Below are positions 34,121 to 45,260 of a stretch of 64,000 nt of DNA, piece after piece. Each line of letters starts with the position of its first letter. The first letter of the stretch is position 1. Source of the stretch: an uncultured Prochlorococcus sp. (GTDB taxonomy: Bacteria; Cyanobacteriota; Cyanobacteriia; PCC-6307; Cyanobiaceae); assembly GCA_902627325.1 (NCBI GenBank), contig CACOIM010000002.1:5078-69077 (forward strand). Reading direction: 5' to 3'. The position numbers and the translations under genes were made by a program. The notes below the pieces were generated by a model. The model searched no databases. It saw only the letters and a list, made by a program, of their open reading frames with translations, and was not told where the DNA came from.

Positions 34121-34524
34121 TTGATTTTATTTCCATGAGTTAGCTCAAGCTTCATTGAAACGTTTCCTCTTGGATTGAAGTCCGCATTTAAACATAGCCA
34201 CTGAGGATTTGCTGCAGCTATTAAATCATCCATAATCTTATTTATAACTTCTTCATGTGAAATCTTTTGATCCCTAAAGCTATTTATATAAAGCTTTAGG
34301 GATTTGAGCTCATAAACTTTTTCTTTTGGTTGATAAGTAAGTTTCAATTTAGCAAAATCAGGATACCCCGAGAACGGGCACTTACAAGTAAACTCTGGGA
34401 GATCAATGCTTATTTGATAATTTCTTGATTTATTTGGATTCTCAAAACATATAATTTCTGACTCTGCAATTTTTCGTTCCCCATAAAGAGGTCTAATTGT
34501 ATTGTGATTTAATTCTTCATTCAT
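34117..34524 (-). CDS. queF: 7-cyano-7-deazaguanine reductase
   Basis: [27 protein letters not shown] and FNPRG motifs. Confidence 0.97.
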   Translation of the reverse strand: MNEELNHNTIRPLYGERKIAESEIICFENPNKSRNYQISIDLPEFTCKCPFSGYPDFAKLKLTYQPKEKVYELKSLKLYINSFRDQKISHEEVINKIMDDLIAAANPQWLCLNADFNPRGNVSMKLELTHGNKIN

Positions 34525-34611
34525 TTTTTCTTCAGATTTGACTTAAATTCGAGGATCAACCTTTCTCAAGTATTACAAATCAACAAATTAAAAACCATTA
34601 AAATCTTTTTT

Positions 34612-34627
34612 TGTATCAACGCGCACA
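34612..34627 (+). promoter_or_regulatory. near-consensus NtcA site upstream of the hypothetical-glnB operon
   Basis: TGTA-TCAACGCG-CACA has one mismatch to TGTA-N8-TACA and sits 50 bp upstream of ATG 34678. glnB is a typical NtcA target. No clean TAN3T at the canonical spacing. Confidence 0.45.
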
Positions 34628-34677
34628 TTTTTAAATTGCTCTAAAAGGCTTAATAGTTACATCTGAATAATAATTTA

Positions 34678-34923
34678 ATGGACATTTGTATTACAAACAT
34701 AGATAATAAATCTAACAAATCGCTGAGACCATTAAGTATTCATGGCATGCTATGGCTTCAGACTCACTTTGAAAATAATCAATGGGAAGCATTATCCGAA
34801 AACAAAGTGATCATTTCAGAGACAGATTCTGAATTGCTGATCGAAGATGCAAATTTGGCAGGTGTAAAAATTGAATCAATGTCAGATATATCAATTTTGG
34901 ATGTTTTACCGAAAACAAATTAA
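34678..34923 (+). CDS. conserved cyanobacterial hypothetical protein upstream of glnB
   Basis: 'PLSIHGMLWLQTHFEN.QWEAL...LIEDANLAG' motif. Confidence 0.88.
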   Translation: MDICITNIDNKSNKSLRPLSIHGMLWLQTHFENNQWEALSENKVIISETDSELLIEDANLAGVKIESMSDISILDVLPKTN

Positions 34924-35286
<363 letters not shown>

Positions 35287-35287
35287 C

Positions 35288-36103
35288 TTAACTTAAAGTT
35301 TGCTTAACTAATTTATTTAGAAAGTCCTCATCAACAAAAAATTCGTTTAATTTTATTTTGCTTATCCATATTAGATATTCATGATTCCCTGCTGGGCCAA
35401 CTAGTGGAGATGCGGTTAAACCATTAATTTGCCAATTTAAATTTTCTATTGAATTTATTACAGAATTTAAAGCTAATAAGTGATACTTAGACTCTTTTAC
35501 AACACCTCCTTTACTTACATATTCCTTACCGACTTCAAATTGAGGTTTTATAAGAAAAATTCCTTCAAAAAATTTTTTATTTAATAAATCCTCAATTGGC
35601 TTTAAAACCAACTTAAGTGAAATAAAAGAGAGATCTGCTACTACAAAATCTGGAAATAAATCTTCTTTCGAAAAAATATTCTCTGATTTAAGAAATCTTA
35701 TATTGGTTCTTTCTAAAAGTATTACTTTTGGATTTTCTCTTATTTTCCATGAAGTTTGACCATAGCCAACATCAATTCCATAAATCCTTTTTGCTCCATT
35801 TTGCAATAAACAATCTGTAAATCCACCTGTAGAGATGCCTACATCAATACAAATTCTACCCTTTACATTCAAAGCAAACTCTTGAAACGCCTCAGCCAAT
35901 TTTTCACCACCCCTAGAAACATATTTTGGCTGAGCAGAAATAATTATTTGAGATTCAGGGGATATTTCTTGACCTGGTTTATCCAATACTTTACCGTTAT
36001 TATTTTTAACTTTACCTGCGAGGATGAGTCTCTGGGCTTTTTGACGAGAATCGACAAAACCTTTTGTGAATAAAAAAATATCTAATCTAATCTTTTTACT
36101 CAT
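35288..36103 (-). CDS. tlyA: TlyA family rRNA 2'-O-methyltransferase
   Basis: S4 domain plus YVSRGGEKL, STGGFTD, DVGYGQ, KPQFE and GNHEY motifs. Confidence 0.96.
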   Translation of the reverse strand: MSKKIRLDIFLFTKGFVDSRQKAQRLILAGKVKNNNGKVLDKPGQEISPESQIIISAQPKYVSRGGEKLAEAFQEFALNVKGRICIDVGISTGGFTDCLLQNGAKRIYGIDVGYGQTSWKIRENPKVILLERTNIRFLKSENIFSKEDLFPDFVVADLSFISLKLVLKPIEDLLNKKFFEGIFLIKPQFEVGKEYVSKGGVVKESKYHLLALNSVINSIENLNWQINGLTASPLVGPAGNHEYLIWISKIKLNEFFVDEDFLNKLVKQTLS

Positions 36104-36398
36104 TTACCATAAATAAAGATTTAGAACAAGAAAATACATAACCAATTTATAATTTATGTTTAATTAAATTCTAACTTCATACAATACAAGTTTATCTCAA
36201 AAGACCAAAATTATTCCCTGCTAATATATCCTAATTTGGTGTAAAAGATTTTTAATAATTGTTTCCTTTAAAAAATTAAATAAACATACTTTTATTTAAA
36301 GATTTAGCAAAAGAAGATAAGAATTAATAATGAGTTTTTATAAATTAAACAAATTATAAGAAATAGTTATAATGTGAGATGTGTATAAATAAAAAATA

Positions 36399-37694
36399 GT
36401 GATTGAGCGTTACACCCTACCAGAAATGGGTCGAATATGGACAGAAGAAGCAAAGTTTCAAACTTGGTTAGAAGTTGAGATTGCCGCCTGCGAAGCAAAT
36501 TTTGAATTAGGAAACATCTCCGAAGAAGATCTTCATGCAATTAAATGTAGGGCAAATTTCAAGCCAGAGAGAATTAAAGAGATTGAAAAGGAGGTTAAAC
36601 ATGATGTAATAGCGTTCTTAACGAACTTAAATGAATACGTTGGAGATTCTGGTAGACATATTCATGTAGGGATGACTAGCAGCGATGTTCTGGATACTGG
36701 CTTATCTCTTCAAATGAGGGATTCCTGTAAATTATTAATACAAGAAACTGAGAATCTTGAAAATGCGATTAGAGCACTTGCCTCTCAACATAAACACACA
36801 ATAATGATTGGACGTTCTCATGCTATTCATGGAGAACCTATATCTTTTGGATTTAAGTTAGCTGGTTGGTTAGCAGAAATAATAAGAAATAAAAAAAGAT
36901 TAAAAGAATTGCAAGACTCCATTTCAATTGGACAAATAAGTGGAGCAATGGGAACTTATGCAAATACAAATCCCAAAGTAGAAGAAATAACCTGCAAATT
37001 ATTAGGCTTAAATGTTGATACAGCTAGTACACAAGTTATCTCTAGAGATAGACATGCAGATTATGTACTAACAATAGCTTTAGTAGGTTCTTCTTTAGAC
37101 AGATTTGCAACAGAGATAAGAAATCTACAAAGAACAGATGTTTTAGAGGTAGAAGAAGGTTTCACTAAAGGGCAGAAAGGTAGTTCAGCAATGCCTCATA
37201 AAAGGAATCCAATAAGAAGCGAGAGGGTAAGTGGTTTATCAAGAATTCTTAAGAGCCACGTCAATACGGCTTTAGAGAATGTCACTCTATGGCATGAGAG
37301 AGATATTAGTCATAGTTCCAACGAAAGAATAATGTTGCCAGACATATCAATTTGTCTACACTTCATGCTTCATGAAATGGTTGAAATAATAAAAAACTTA
37401 AAAGTTTATCCTGCAAATATGCTTAAAAATATGAATATTTATGGAGGGGTTATTTTCAGCCAAAAAGTTCTTCTTCTGCTCATTGGGAAAGGGATCTCCA
37501 GAGAAGAGGCTTATAAGCTAGTCCAAAAAAATGCACATTCAGCATGGAATACAGAAAACGGGAATTTCAAAGAAAATTTAAAAAAAGACGATTATATTAT
37601 GAATTTAATTAGCGACAAGGAATTGGATCAATGTTTTGATCCTTCAATACATCTAAATAATTTAAATGTAATATGGGACAGGTTAAATATTTAA
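36399..37694 (+). CDS. purB: adenylosuccinate lyase
   Basis: MIERY, HDVIAF, GRSHAIH, GSSAMPHKRNP and WHERDISHSS motifs. Confidence 0.98.
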   Translation: MIERYTLPEMGRIWTEEAKFQTWLEVEIAACEANFELGNISEEDLHAIKCRANFKPERIKEIEKEVKHDVIAFLTNLNEYVGDSGRHIHVGMTSSDVLDTGLSLQMRDSCKLLIQETENLENAIRALASQHKHTIMIGRSHAIHGEPISFGFKLAGWLAEIIRNKKRLKELQDSISIGQISGAMGTYANTNPKVEEITCKLLGLNVDTASTQVISRDRHADYVLTIALVGSSLDRFATEIRNLQRTDVLEVEEGFTKGQKGSSAMPHKRNPIRSERVSGLSRILKSHVNTALENVTLWHERDISHSSNERIMLPDISICLHFMLHEMVEIIKNLKVYPANMLKNMNIYGGVIFSQKVLLLLIGKGISREEAYKLVQKNAHSAWNTENGNFKENLKKDDYIMNLISDKELDQCFDPSIHLNNLNVIWDRLNI

Positions 37695-37749
37695 AAGTTG
37701 ATTATCCTAGATTTAGATAATTGCGCTACTAATCTCAATTCAAAACTTA

Positions 37750-39135
37750 ATGAAAGACGGCTTTAGAATAGAAAAAGATAGTATAGGTACTATTGAAGTG
37801 CCAAAGAATGCTTTATGGGGAGCTCAAACACAAAGATCAATTAAAAATTTTGCATTAGGAAATGAATTAATACCATTAGAATTAATCTATGCAATCACTC
37901 TAATAAAAAAAGCAGCAGCTATTGCAAATAATAAGCTAGGCTATCTTGACAATCAAAAAAAGGATTTAATAAAAAGAAGTTGTACGGATATTTTGGACGG
38001 CTTACATGATTCAGAATTTCCTTTAAAAATATGGCAAACAGGAAGTGGTACTCAAACCAATATGAATGTTAACGAAGTTATTTCAAATATTTCTGCGACT
38101 ATAGTAAATTCTGAATTAGGTCAATATAAAATACTGCATCCCAATGATGATGTTAATAAATCTCAATCAACAAACGATACTTTTCCCGCAGCTATACATA
38201 TAAGTGTAGTTATTGAAATTACAAAGAAATTATTGCCATCTATTGAAAAATTAAATATATCTTTTGATAAAAAAACTAAAGAATGGAATAATGTTATCAA
38301 AATTGGTAGAACTCATTTTCAAGATGCAGTACCAATAACGTTGGGACAAGAAATCTCTGCATGGTCTAAACAAATAAAAGATGCAAAAAATTCAATATTA
38401 TCAGGTGTCTCAGAATTATATAGTTTGCAGATTGGCGGTACAGCCGTTGGAACAGGCATTAATAGTCCTGAAAATTTCAGTGAGGAAGTGATAAAAATAA
38501 TCAAAAATGAAACAGGCTTGCCATTTAATAAATCAGAAAATTATTTTTCTTTAATGGCCTCCCATGATCGATTAGCGAATATCATGAGCAAATTAAAAAT
38601 TTTAGCTTGTTCATTATTCAAGATATCAAATGATATCAAAATATTATCTTCTGGTCCTAGAGCTGGCATTTATGAATTAATCATTCCCAAAAATGAGCCT
38701 GGCAGCTCAATCATGCCTGGTAAGGTTAATCCCACCCAATGTGAGTCAATCAGTATGATTTGTTCTCAAATCATGGGATTTGAATATGCTGTATCAATCG
38801 CAAACTGCAGCGGCACATTGCAAATGAATGAATACAAACCTTTAATAGCATTTAATATTTTGACTAGTATAAAATTACTAAGTGATGCTATGGATAATTT
38901 TAGAATTAAATTGATAGAGGGAATAACTCCTAACTTTAAATCGATAGAATCAAATTTAAATAATTCACTCATGCTAATAACTGCTTTAGTCCCAGAGATA
39001 GGATATGAGAAAGCTGCAGAAATTGCTAACCTTGCGTTTAACGAATCACTTAATCTAAAAGAAGCAACTTTAAAATTAGGCTACTTAGATGAAAAAAAAT
39101 ACAATGAGTTTATGGATATTGAAGAAATGATATAA
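37750..39135 (+). CDS. fumC: class II fumarate hydratase
   Basis: WQTGSGTQTNMN, HPNDDVNKSQSTND and GSSIMPGKVNPTQ motifs. Confidence 0.98.
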   Translation: MKDGFRIEKDSIGTIEVPKNALWGAQTQRSIKNFALGNELIPLELIYAITLIKKAAAIANNKLGYLDNQKKDLIKRSCTDILDGLHDSEFPLKIWQTGSGTQTNMNVNEVISNISATIVNSELGQYKILHPNDDVNKSQSTNDTFPAAIHISVVIEITKKLLPSIEKLNISFDKKTKEWNNVIKIGRTHFQDAVPITLGQEISAWSKQIKDAKNSILSGVSELYSLQIGGTAVGTGINSPENFSEEVIKIIKNETGLPFNKSENYFSLMASHDRLANIMSKLKILACSLFKISNDIKILSSGPRAGIYELIIPKNEPGSSIMPGKVNPTQCESISMICSQIMGFEYAVSIANCSGTLQMNEYKPLIAFNILTSIKLLSDAMDNFRIKLIEGITPNFKSIESNLNNSLMLITALVPEIGYEKAAEIANLAFNESLNLKEATLKLGYLDEKKYNEFMDIEEMI

Positions 39136-39136
39136 A

Positions 39137-41878
39137 TTATTCATTACTATCTAAGTTATCTAAACGCTTAATAGCAGGATTGATCAAATTATTTTCAGAT
39201 ATTCTTAAGAGATCATTCGATTCTGAGACAGGAAATCTGTTAATTGCTTTCAAAGTTAATTTGGCATTATTTTTAAGCTTACTGCTGAGGCTCCCACAAT
39301 ATTGGATCTGAGAAAGCATATCTATTGTTCTTCTAATAATTCTTACAACATCACCCTCATCCAAAGATGTATTAAAAATTATTTCTTTCCATTTCTTTCC
39401 TTTAGCCCATTGAGAAACTATTCCAGTTAAATCCTTTTCTAGATAAATAGGAAAATCTATGAAATAATCGAATTGCTTTGAAGATAATAGCTTCTGTAAA
39501 CTTTCAAGCTCATGAAAAACATCAAGTACTTTCGAAGATGGTTTAAAATTACACCACAAATCAGATCTTCTAACTTCTACCGATATGGCCTGAATAACTG
39601 CAGCTAAATCTGGAGGTTCTAAATCATCTAAATAACCACTAAATAAAACTAATCCAACCCATAATTCATTCTCGGTTCTCAAAGAACCTATTGATGTCCC
39701 AATATCAGTAAGATGAACATCTTCTAAACAGCCAAAATAATTTAAGATTTTTATCAAATTTGTAAATTTCTCCCAATTGTAATTTTCTTTCTTTTCTATC
39801 AGTCTTTTCTTTTCTGTAATAGCAATTTCTATCAAGTTAACTTTACTTTTAAGCTTTTTTAATTTTTTTAAATCGCCTATTTCATGGAAAGGTTGCTTGA
39901 TTATTTCTTTCTCTATATATGCAATTGATTCCCTTTGAGATAAAACTTCTTTCGCTAGATCATATTTTGGGATAGTTAAATTATTTGATCGACTAAGTTC
40001 AAAAATCTTGTTAGCAAAAATCAAAGAAAATTCATCACCTCTAAAACTTTCACCAGAAAAATTTAAATCAGGTCTGACGAGTTCAGAAAGATCTAAGGCA
40101 TCTAAATCAGGAAAAATATTAACGATACAATCTGGTTTAATTAGAATAAACAAGTTATCAATAGTCAAACAAAGAATATTTAAAATTTTATTAGATCTTA
40201 AAAACTTATTACATATTACTGCTGGGACAATTTTTCGCCTAATTTGTGGTGCTTTTAAAGCAACGACACTACCATCATCCAAAAATTGAATCGCACTACT
40301 AATTTCTTCATGTAAGTTCTGAGAAGCCTGTTTTTCTAATATTTTTAATAATCTCCTTTCTTCTTTAAGACGACTTTTCAACTTTTCATAAGAATCAAAA
40401 TCGTCCCAAGAAATCTTATTGGAAATTTTCTTTAAATTTAATAACTCTTCATTTAAAGAATTTAAATCACTATTCTCTTTTGAAGACTGTGATACATTTA
40501 CAAAACTCCCAAAACTGCGTTTTATAAGTTCTTGAGATTTAGAAAGAGTATAATTTTGAAGAAGATTGAGAACCATCCCATAACTTGGAGAAAATTGACT
40601 AATTAATGGATTTGGCTTACTCAAAGCAAGCGAACTTGCTTCTTTCGCACCTTCAAATCTATTTTGAACGGTAACTACATACCCCTGAGTATCCTTACCT
40701 CGTCTACCTGCTCTCCCCGACATCTGCAAGAATTCACTACTAAATAGTAAACGATGCCCATTCTCAGATCTTTTTGACAAAGATGAAATTACTGTAGTTC
40801 TAGCGGGCATATTAATACCAGCAGCTAGTGTTTCCGTTGCAAATACAACTTTTATTAGACCTTCCTGAAATAATTCCTCTACCAATTCTTTCCAAGCAGG
40901 AAGTAATCCAGCATGGTGAGAAGCAATTCCTTTTTTAAGGGCATCAAAAAGGACACTATCTTTAATACCCTCTCGATTGTATTTGGAATATTGTGTTAAC
41001 CTTTGAGATATTAAATTAGCTTCTTTATAGTTAACTAAAGTTAAATGATTTATATTCTCAAGTGCTCGGTCACAACCTTTTCTACTAAAAATAAAATAAA
41101 TTGCGGGTAGCATATTTTGATCAAATAGCCGCGAAATAACGAAAGATATTGATGGTGACTTTGGTTGTACTAATCTGCCAACTTTACCTTTGATTTTTTG
41201 TCCTTTAGGCGATCTCCAGACTTTACAGTTAGGATGAATTCCATTCTTTTTTTTATTTAAGAGAGGATGAAAACCTTTAGCACTACAAAAAAGAAAATCC
41301 AAAGGTACCGGCCTTATCTCACTATTAATTAGTTGAGTTGGTCCATGCACTTGATTAATCCAACTTTTAAGTTGATCTGCATTTGCAATTGTCGCTGACA
41401 AAGCGATAATTTGAGTCCTACTTGGACAATGAATAATCGTTTCCTCCCAAACCGTCCCCCTTTGTGGATCATTCATGTAGTGACATTCGTCAAGTATTAC
41501 CGATTCCAAATTAATTAGTGGATCATCAAAATCTTCAAACTCGCCATAAAGCATATTCCTAAATATCTCTGTTGTCATTACTAATACAGGTGCTTCTCTA
41601 TTAATGCTCATATCTCCTGTGAGCAGGCCAACAGTATTCTGGCCGAATTGAAGAGAAAAATCTCTAAATTTCTGATTAGAAAGAGCCTTTAAAGGAGTAG
41701 TATAAAAGACTCTACTTTTATGATTTAAAGCTCTGTAAATTGCAAATTCACCCAATATAGTTTTACCTGCACCAGTCGGGGCAGATAAGACAATAGAATT
41801 CCCACTATTAATTGCGTTAATTGCATCTAATTGAAATTGATCTAAAGGAAATGGAAAAATTTCCCCTAAATTATTCAA
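39137..41878 (-). CDS. Ski2/HelY-like DEAD/DEAH-box RNA helicase (DSHCT domain)
   Basis: APTGAGKT, PLKALSNQK, DECH, SAT, TETLAAGINMPA, GRAGRRG and LDEGDVVR motifs. Confidence 0.95.
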   Translation of the reverse strand: MNNLGEIFPFPLDQFQLDAINAINSGNSIVLSAPTGAGKTILGEFAIYRALNHKSRVFYTTPLKALSNQKFRDFSLQFGQNTVGLLTGDMSINREAPVLVMTTEIFRNMLYGEFEDFDDPLINLESVILDECHYMNDPQRGTVWEETIIHCPSRTQIIALSATIANADQLKSWINQVHGPTQLINSEIRPVPLDFLFCSAKGFHPLLNKKKNGIHPNCKVWRSPKGQKIKGKVGRLVQPKSPSISFVISRLFDQNMLPAIYFIFSRKGCDRALENINHLTLVNYKEANLISQRLTQYSKYNREGIKDSVLFDALKKGIASHHAGLLPAWKELVEELFQEGLIKVVFATETLAAGINMPARTTVISSLSKRSENGHRLLFSSEFLQMSGRAGRRGKDTQGYVVTVQNRFEGAKEASSLALSKPNPLISQFSPSYGMVLNLLQNYTLSKSQELIKRSFGSFVNVSQSSKENSDLNSLNEELLNLKKISNKISWDDFDSYEKLKSRLKEERRLLKILEKQASQNLHEEISSAIQFLDDGSVVALKAPQIRRKIVPAVICNKFLRSNKILNILCLTIDNLFILIKPDCIVNIFPDLDALDLSELVRPDLNFSGESFRGDEFSLIFANKIFELSRSNNLTIPKYDLAKEVLSQRESIAYIEKEIIKQPFHEIGDLKKLKKLKSKVNLIEIAITEKKRLIEKKENYNWEKFTNLIKILNYFGCLEDVHLTDIGTSIGSLRTENELWVGLVLFSGYLDDLEPPDLAAVIQAISVEVRRSDLWCNFKPSSKVLDVFHELESLQKLLSSKQFDYFIDFPIYLEKDLTGIVSQWAKGKKWKEIIFNTSLDEGDVVRIIRRTIDMLSQIQYCGSLSSKLKNNAKLTLKAINRFPVSESNDLLRISENNLINPAIKRLDNLDSNE

Positions 41879-41998
41879 AAATTGGTTTTGAGATGAATTT
41901 GAGTTAACTTCTTAGGATATGATCTATTTAGATATTAATAAATTCAATAATTAACTTGCAAACTTTGCTAATAAATGTGGATTTTTAATCTATAAACT

Positions 41999-43141
41999 AT
42001 GGACAAATTTCAAACTCCAAAAAATAGAATTAGAAAATTGCGAGTACTATCTCTTGGAGATAAACCACATGAATTTAAAACTTCAGTAAAAAATATTGAT
42101 ACAACACTTGTAGACTTAAGTAGCAATGATTATTTTGGATTAAGCCGAGATAGAGATGTTATTAACGCTGCTCATGAGACATCTTTAAATGAAGGGTTAG
42201 GATCAGGCAGCTCTAGATTTATAAGTGGTTCTAGACCAATTCATAAGTTACTTGAAAGTAATTTAGGTAAATGGTTAAATCAAGATTCTGTACTACTGTT
42301 CCCTAGCGGATATCAAGCGAACATAGCAGCCATAGAGGCTTTGACAGATAAGAATAGTATCATAATTGCAGATAAACTTATACATAATTCTTTACTTATT
42401 GGATCAAAAGCATCTGGAGCTAAATTGATCAGATTCCTCCATAATAATCTACAAGACTTAGAAAATAAATTATCAAAGTATTCCATAATTAGCGATTCTA
42501 TTCTTGTTGTTGTTGAATCTCTCTACAGTATGGAGGGCAGTATTGCTCCAATAGAAAAGATAACAAAACTATGTAGAAAATATAATTGCAAATTATTAGT
42601 AGATGAAGCTCATGCTCTAGGAATCTTAGGGGAACAAGGGAAAGGATTGAGTAATCCATTTCTTGATTCAATTACCATGATCAGTGGAACCTTTGGGAAG
42701 GCGTTTGGAAGCGGTGGTGCATTTCTAGCAAGCAATAGGAAAATAGGAGAAATACTTATTCAAACTAGTAGTCCATTTAGATATACAACAGCTTTATCTC
42801 CTTCTCTTGCTGCAGGTTCCTTAAAATCTTTGCAAAAAATCAAAGAAAATCTAAATTTAGGAACTGATTTACTAAAAATTTCGAAAAGATGGAAAAAAGA
42901 GATTGAAAATATTGGTAAATATGAAGTAATTGGAGACGCACATATCCTTTCTTTAATTATTGGAGATGAAGATAAAACAATGATGATGCAAAAATTTCTT
43001 GAACAAAAAGGGTTCTTAGCTGTAGGGATAAGACCTCCTACCGTACCAGTAGGAAAATCTAGAATTAGATTAACAATTCGGAGTTCTTTCAATACAAATA
43101 TTTTAAAGAACTTTATTTCAGTATTAAAAGCTTATCAATGA
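41999..43141 (+). CDS. bioF: 8-amino-7-oxononanoate synthase
   Basis: SSNDYFGL, SGYQAN, ESLYSMEG, DEAH, GTFGKA and IRPPTVP motifs. Confidence 0.96.
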   Translation: MDKFQTPKNRIRKLRVLSLGDKPHEFKTSVKNIDTTLVDLSSNDYFGLSRDRDVINAAHETSLNEGLGSGSSRFISGSRPIHKLLESNLGKWLNQDSVLLFPSGYQANIAAIEALTDKNSIIIADKLIHNSLLIGSKASGAKLIRFLHNNLQDLENKLSKYSIISDSILVVVESLYSMEGSIAPIEKITKLCRKYNCKLLVDEAHALGILGEQGKGLSNPFLDSITMISGTFGKAFGSGGAFLASNRKIGEILIQTSSPFRYTTALSPSLAAGSLKSLQKIKENLNLGTDLLKISKRWKKEIENIGKYEVIGDAHILSLIIGDEDKTMMMQKFLEQKGFLAVGIRPPTVPVGKSRIRLTIRSSFNTNILKNFISVLKAYQ

Positions 43142-43836
43142 ACCAAATAATTTCACAACACGGATGGGGATTAGATCAAAGTATGTGGAATAAGGTAAAA
43201 GAAGAATTTATTAGACAAAATTGGATTTGGCAAGATAATAATAGAGGTTATTATTCAGATCCCCACGTTAAAGTTAATTGGATCAAAGATGATTCAGAAA
43301 ACAATAAAAAAGTTGTTATTTGCCATTCATTAGGTATTCATTTAATTGGGAAAGAAATTCTCAGGGAAGCTTCTCATATCGTATTAATTAATTCCTTCTA
43401 TAATTTCATACCCTCAAATAATGAAAGCAAAATAACGATGAGAACACTCCTCAGAATGGAAAAAAAAATAAATTCTGGTGAAGTTCGCTTTATGTTAGAA
43501 GAATTTATTAGTAGATCATTTATGCCAAATCAAGTTGATATTAAATTTAAATCTATTTTTAATTTAAAATCAAAACAAATTAACTTAAAAAATTTATTAA
43601 AGGATTTTCAGAAGTTGTATTTACAAAAGAGTACATTTAGTTTATTTTCAAAAAATACTGATATTTTAGTAATTAAATCTAAAAACGATTTAATTCTCAA
43701 AGATTATGCTTCTGATGAATTTGTTTATTTACTCAATAATTCTCAAATTAATAAACCTAAATTAGTGCAAATTGAAGGGCAAGGACACTTAATAGATAAT
43801 AGTTGTATTGTAAAAATCCTCAAAGATTGGTTATAG
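43138..43836 (+). CDS. bioK: pimeloyl-ACP methyl ester esterase (BioK-type alpha/beta hydrolase)
   Basis: HGWG oxyanion motif, CHSLG nucleophile elbow, C-terminal GH. Sits between bioF and bioC, where marine cyanobacteria carry bioK. Confidence 0.72.
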   Translation: MNQIISQHGWGLDQSMWNKVKEEFIRQNWIWQDNNRGYYSDPHVKVNWIKDDSENNKKVVICHSLGIHLIGKEILREASHIVLINSFYNFIPSNNESKITMRTLLRMEKKINSGEVRFMLEEFISRSFMPNQVDIKFKSIFNLKSKQINLKNLLKDFQKLYLQKSTFSLFSKNTDILVIKSKNDLILKDYASDEFVYLLNNSQINKPKLVQIEGQGHLIDNSCIVKILKDWL

Positions 43837-43848
43837 ATATTTTTCATT

Positions 43849-44604
43849 ATGGCAAATGAATATTGGAGTAAAAAAATAAATAATAACTTTAATAATGCTG
43901 CTCATTCATATTCACATTATTCTTTAGTTCAAAAATATTTTGCAAATAAGTTGGTACATATCATAAAGGAAATAGAACCTCAAATTGGAAAGTGGTTTGA
44001 TCTAGGAGCAGGTACAGGTTATTTAGCTGATCTATTAGAAAAAAACTTTATGAATATAAAAGTTCAGCGAATTGACTTTAGTCCAAATATGCTTAAAGAA
44101 AATAAAAAAAATAGCCAGACTATTTTATGGGATTTAAATGATGATCTACCTCCTAGTATAAATAATGCAAGTCTAATTATTTCATCCTTCTGCTTTCATT
44201 GGTTAAATGAACCTGAAAAGAAGTTAAGAAAATGGTACGAAAGATTACTTCCTGGAGGTTTACTCATAGTTTTGTTTCCTAATAATAAAAGTTTCCCAGA
44301 ATGGAAAGATACATGTAAAAGAAACGATATAGAATACAGTGGTATTGCTTTACCATGTACTAATTCATTGCAAAGGTTTGTCAAAGAGAGTGAAATATTC
44401 CTAATAAAAGAATTTAATTACAGAGAAACTTTTCCAAATATTTATAAACTTTTTAAAAGTATAACTAATGTGGGAGCTCAAACCACACAAAAAAGAAGAA
44501 AAACAGTTTCAGAATTAAAGTTAATGCAAGAGAAATGGCCCAAAGATCAAGATGCGAAGGTAAATTTAACTTGGGCAATAAGTATATTAATCCTAAAAAA
44601 ATGA
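43849..44604 (+). CDS. bioC: malonyl-ACP O-methyltransferase
   Basis: FNNAAHSY...VQ, DLGAGTG and HWL motifs, bio operon position. Confidence 0.88.
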   Translation: MANEYWSKKINNNFNNAAHSYSHYSLVQKYFANKLVHIIKEIEPQIGKWFDLGAGTGYLADLLEKNFMNIKVQRIDFSPNMLKENKKNSQTILWDLNDDLPPSINNASLIISSFCFHWLNEPEKKLRKWYERLLPGGLLIVLFPNNKSFPEWKDTCKRNDIEYSGIALPCTNSLQRFVKESEIFLIKEFNYRETFPNIYKLFKSITNVGAQTTQKRRKTVSELKLMQEKWPKDQDAKVNLTWAISILILKK

Positions 44605-45257
44605 AAATTACTACTAAAGTTTTTCAATTTATTATATGTGGAACTGATACTGATGTTGGTAAAACATTAATTAGCTCATTTTTTGTTAGAGGACTTAATT
44701 GTTTTTACTGGAAGCCAATACAAAGTGGTATTCAAGGTGAGACTGATAGTGAATATGTTCAAAGGGTTAGTCAAATTAGTCCAAAAAAGATTTTAAAGGA
44801 AGCTTATGTTTTCAATGAACCAGTATCACCCCATTGGGCTGCGGAAATTGATAATGTAAAACTAATTAAATCAAATTTAAATCTACCAAATATCGAAAAG
44901 AATCTTTTAGTTGAAACCGCAGGTGGACTGATGGTTCCTCTAACTAGAGATTTCTTGCAGATTGATCAGATCAAAATTTGGAACTTACCTGTAATACTTG
45001 TTTGCAGGAGCTCTCTTGGGACACTAAATCATACCCTTTTAAGTATTGAAGCCCTCAAAAAAAGAAAAATTAATATTTTAGGTTTGATTATTAACGGCAA
45101 AAAACATTTAGATAATCCACAAACTTTAAAACTTTTTAGTGGATTACCAATTATCGCAGAATTCCCTTTAATAAAAAATTTAAGTGTAAATAATTTAGAT
45201 TTTTTATGGAAAGATCTTAACATGGAAGAAAAACTAGCTCAAATACTAAATAAATAA
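44601..45257 (+). CDS. bioD: dethiobiotin synthase
   Basis: GTDTDVGKT, WKPIQSG, ETAGGL and LGTLNHT motifs. ATG 44601 overlaps the bioC stop (ATGA) and is preferred over 44535. Confidence 0.96.
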   Translation: MKITTKVFQFIICGTDTDVGKTLISSFFVRGLNCFYWKPIQSGIQGETDSEYVQRVSQISPKKILKEAYVFNEPVSPHWAAEIDNVKLIKSNLNLPNIEKNLLVETAGGLMVPLTRDFLQIDQIKIWNLPVILVCRSSLGTLNHTLLSIEALKKRKINILGLIINGKKHLDNPQTLKLFSGLPIIAEFPLIKNLSVNNLDFLWKDLNMEEKLAQILNK

Positions 45258-45260
45258 ATC

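Noticed and set aside
44535-44600. Long bioC/bioD overlap implied by the ORF track
   Set aside because: ATG 44601 gives a standard 4-bp ATGA overlap, and the extension is not BioD-like
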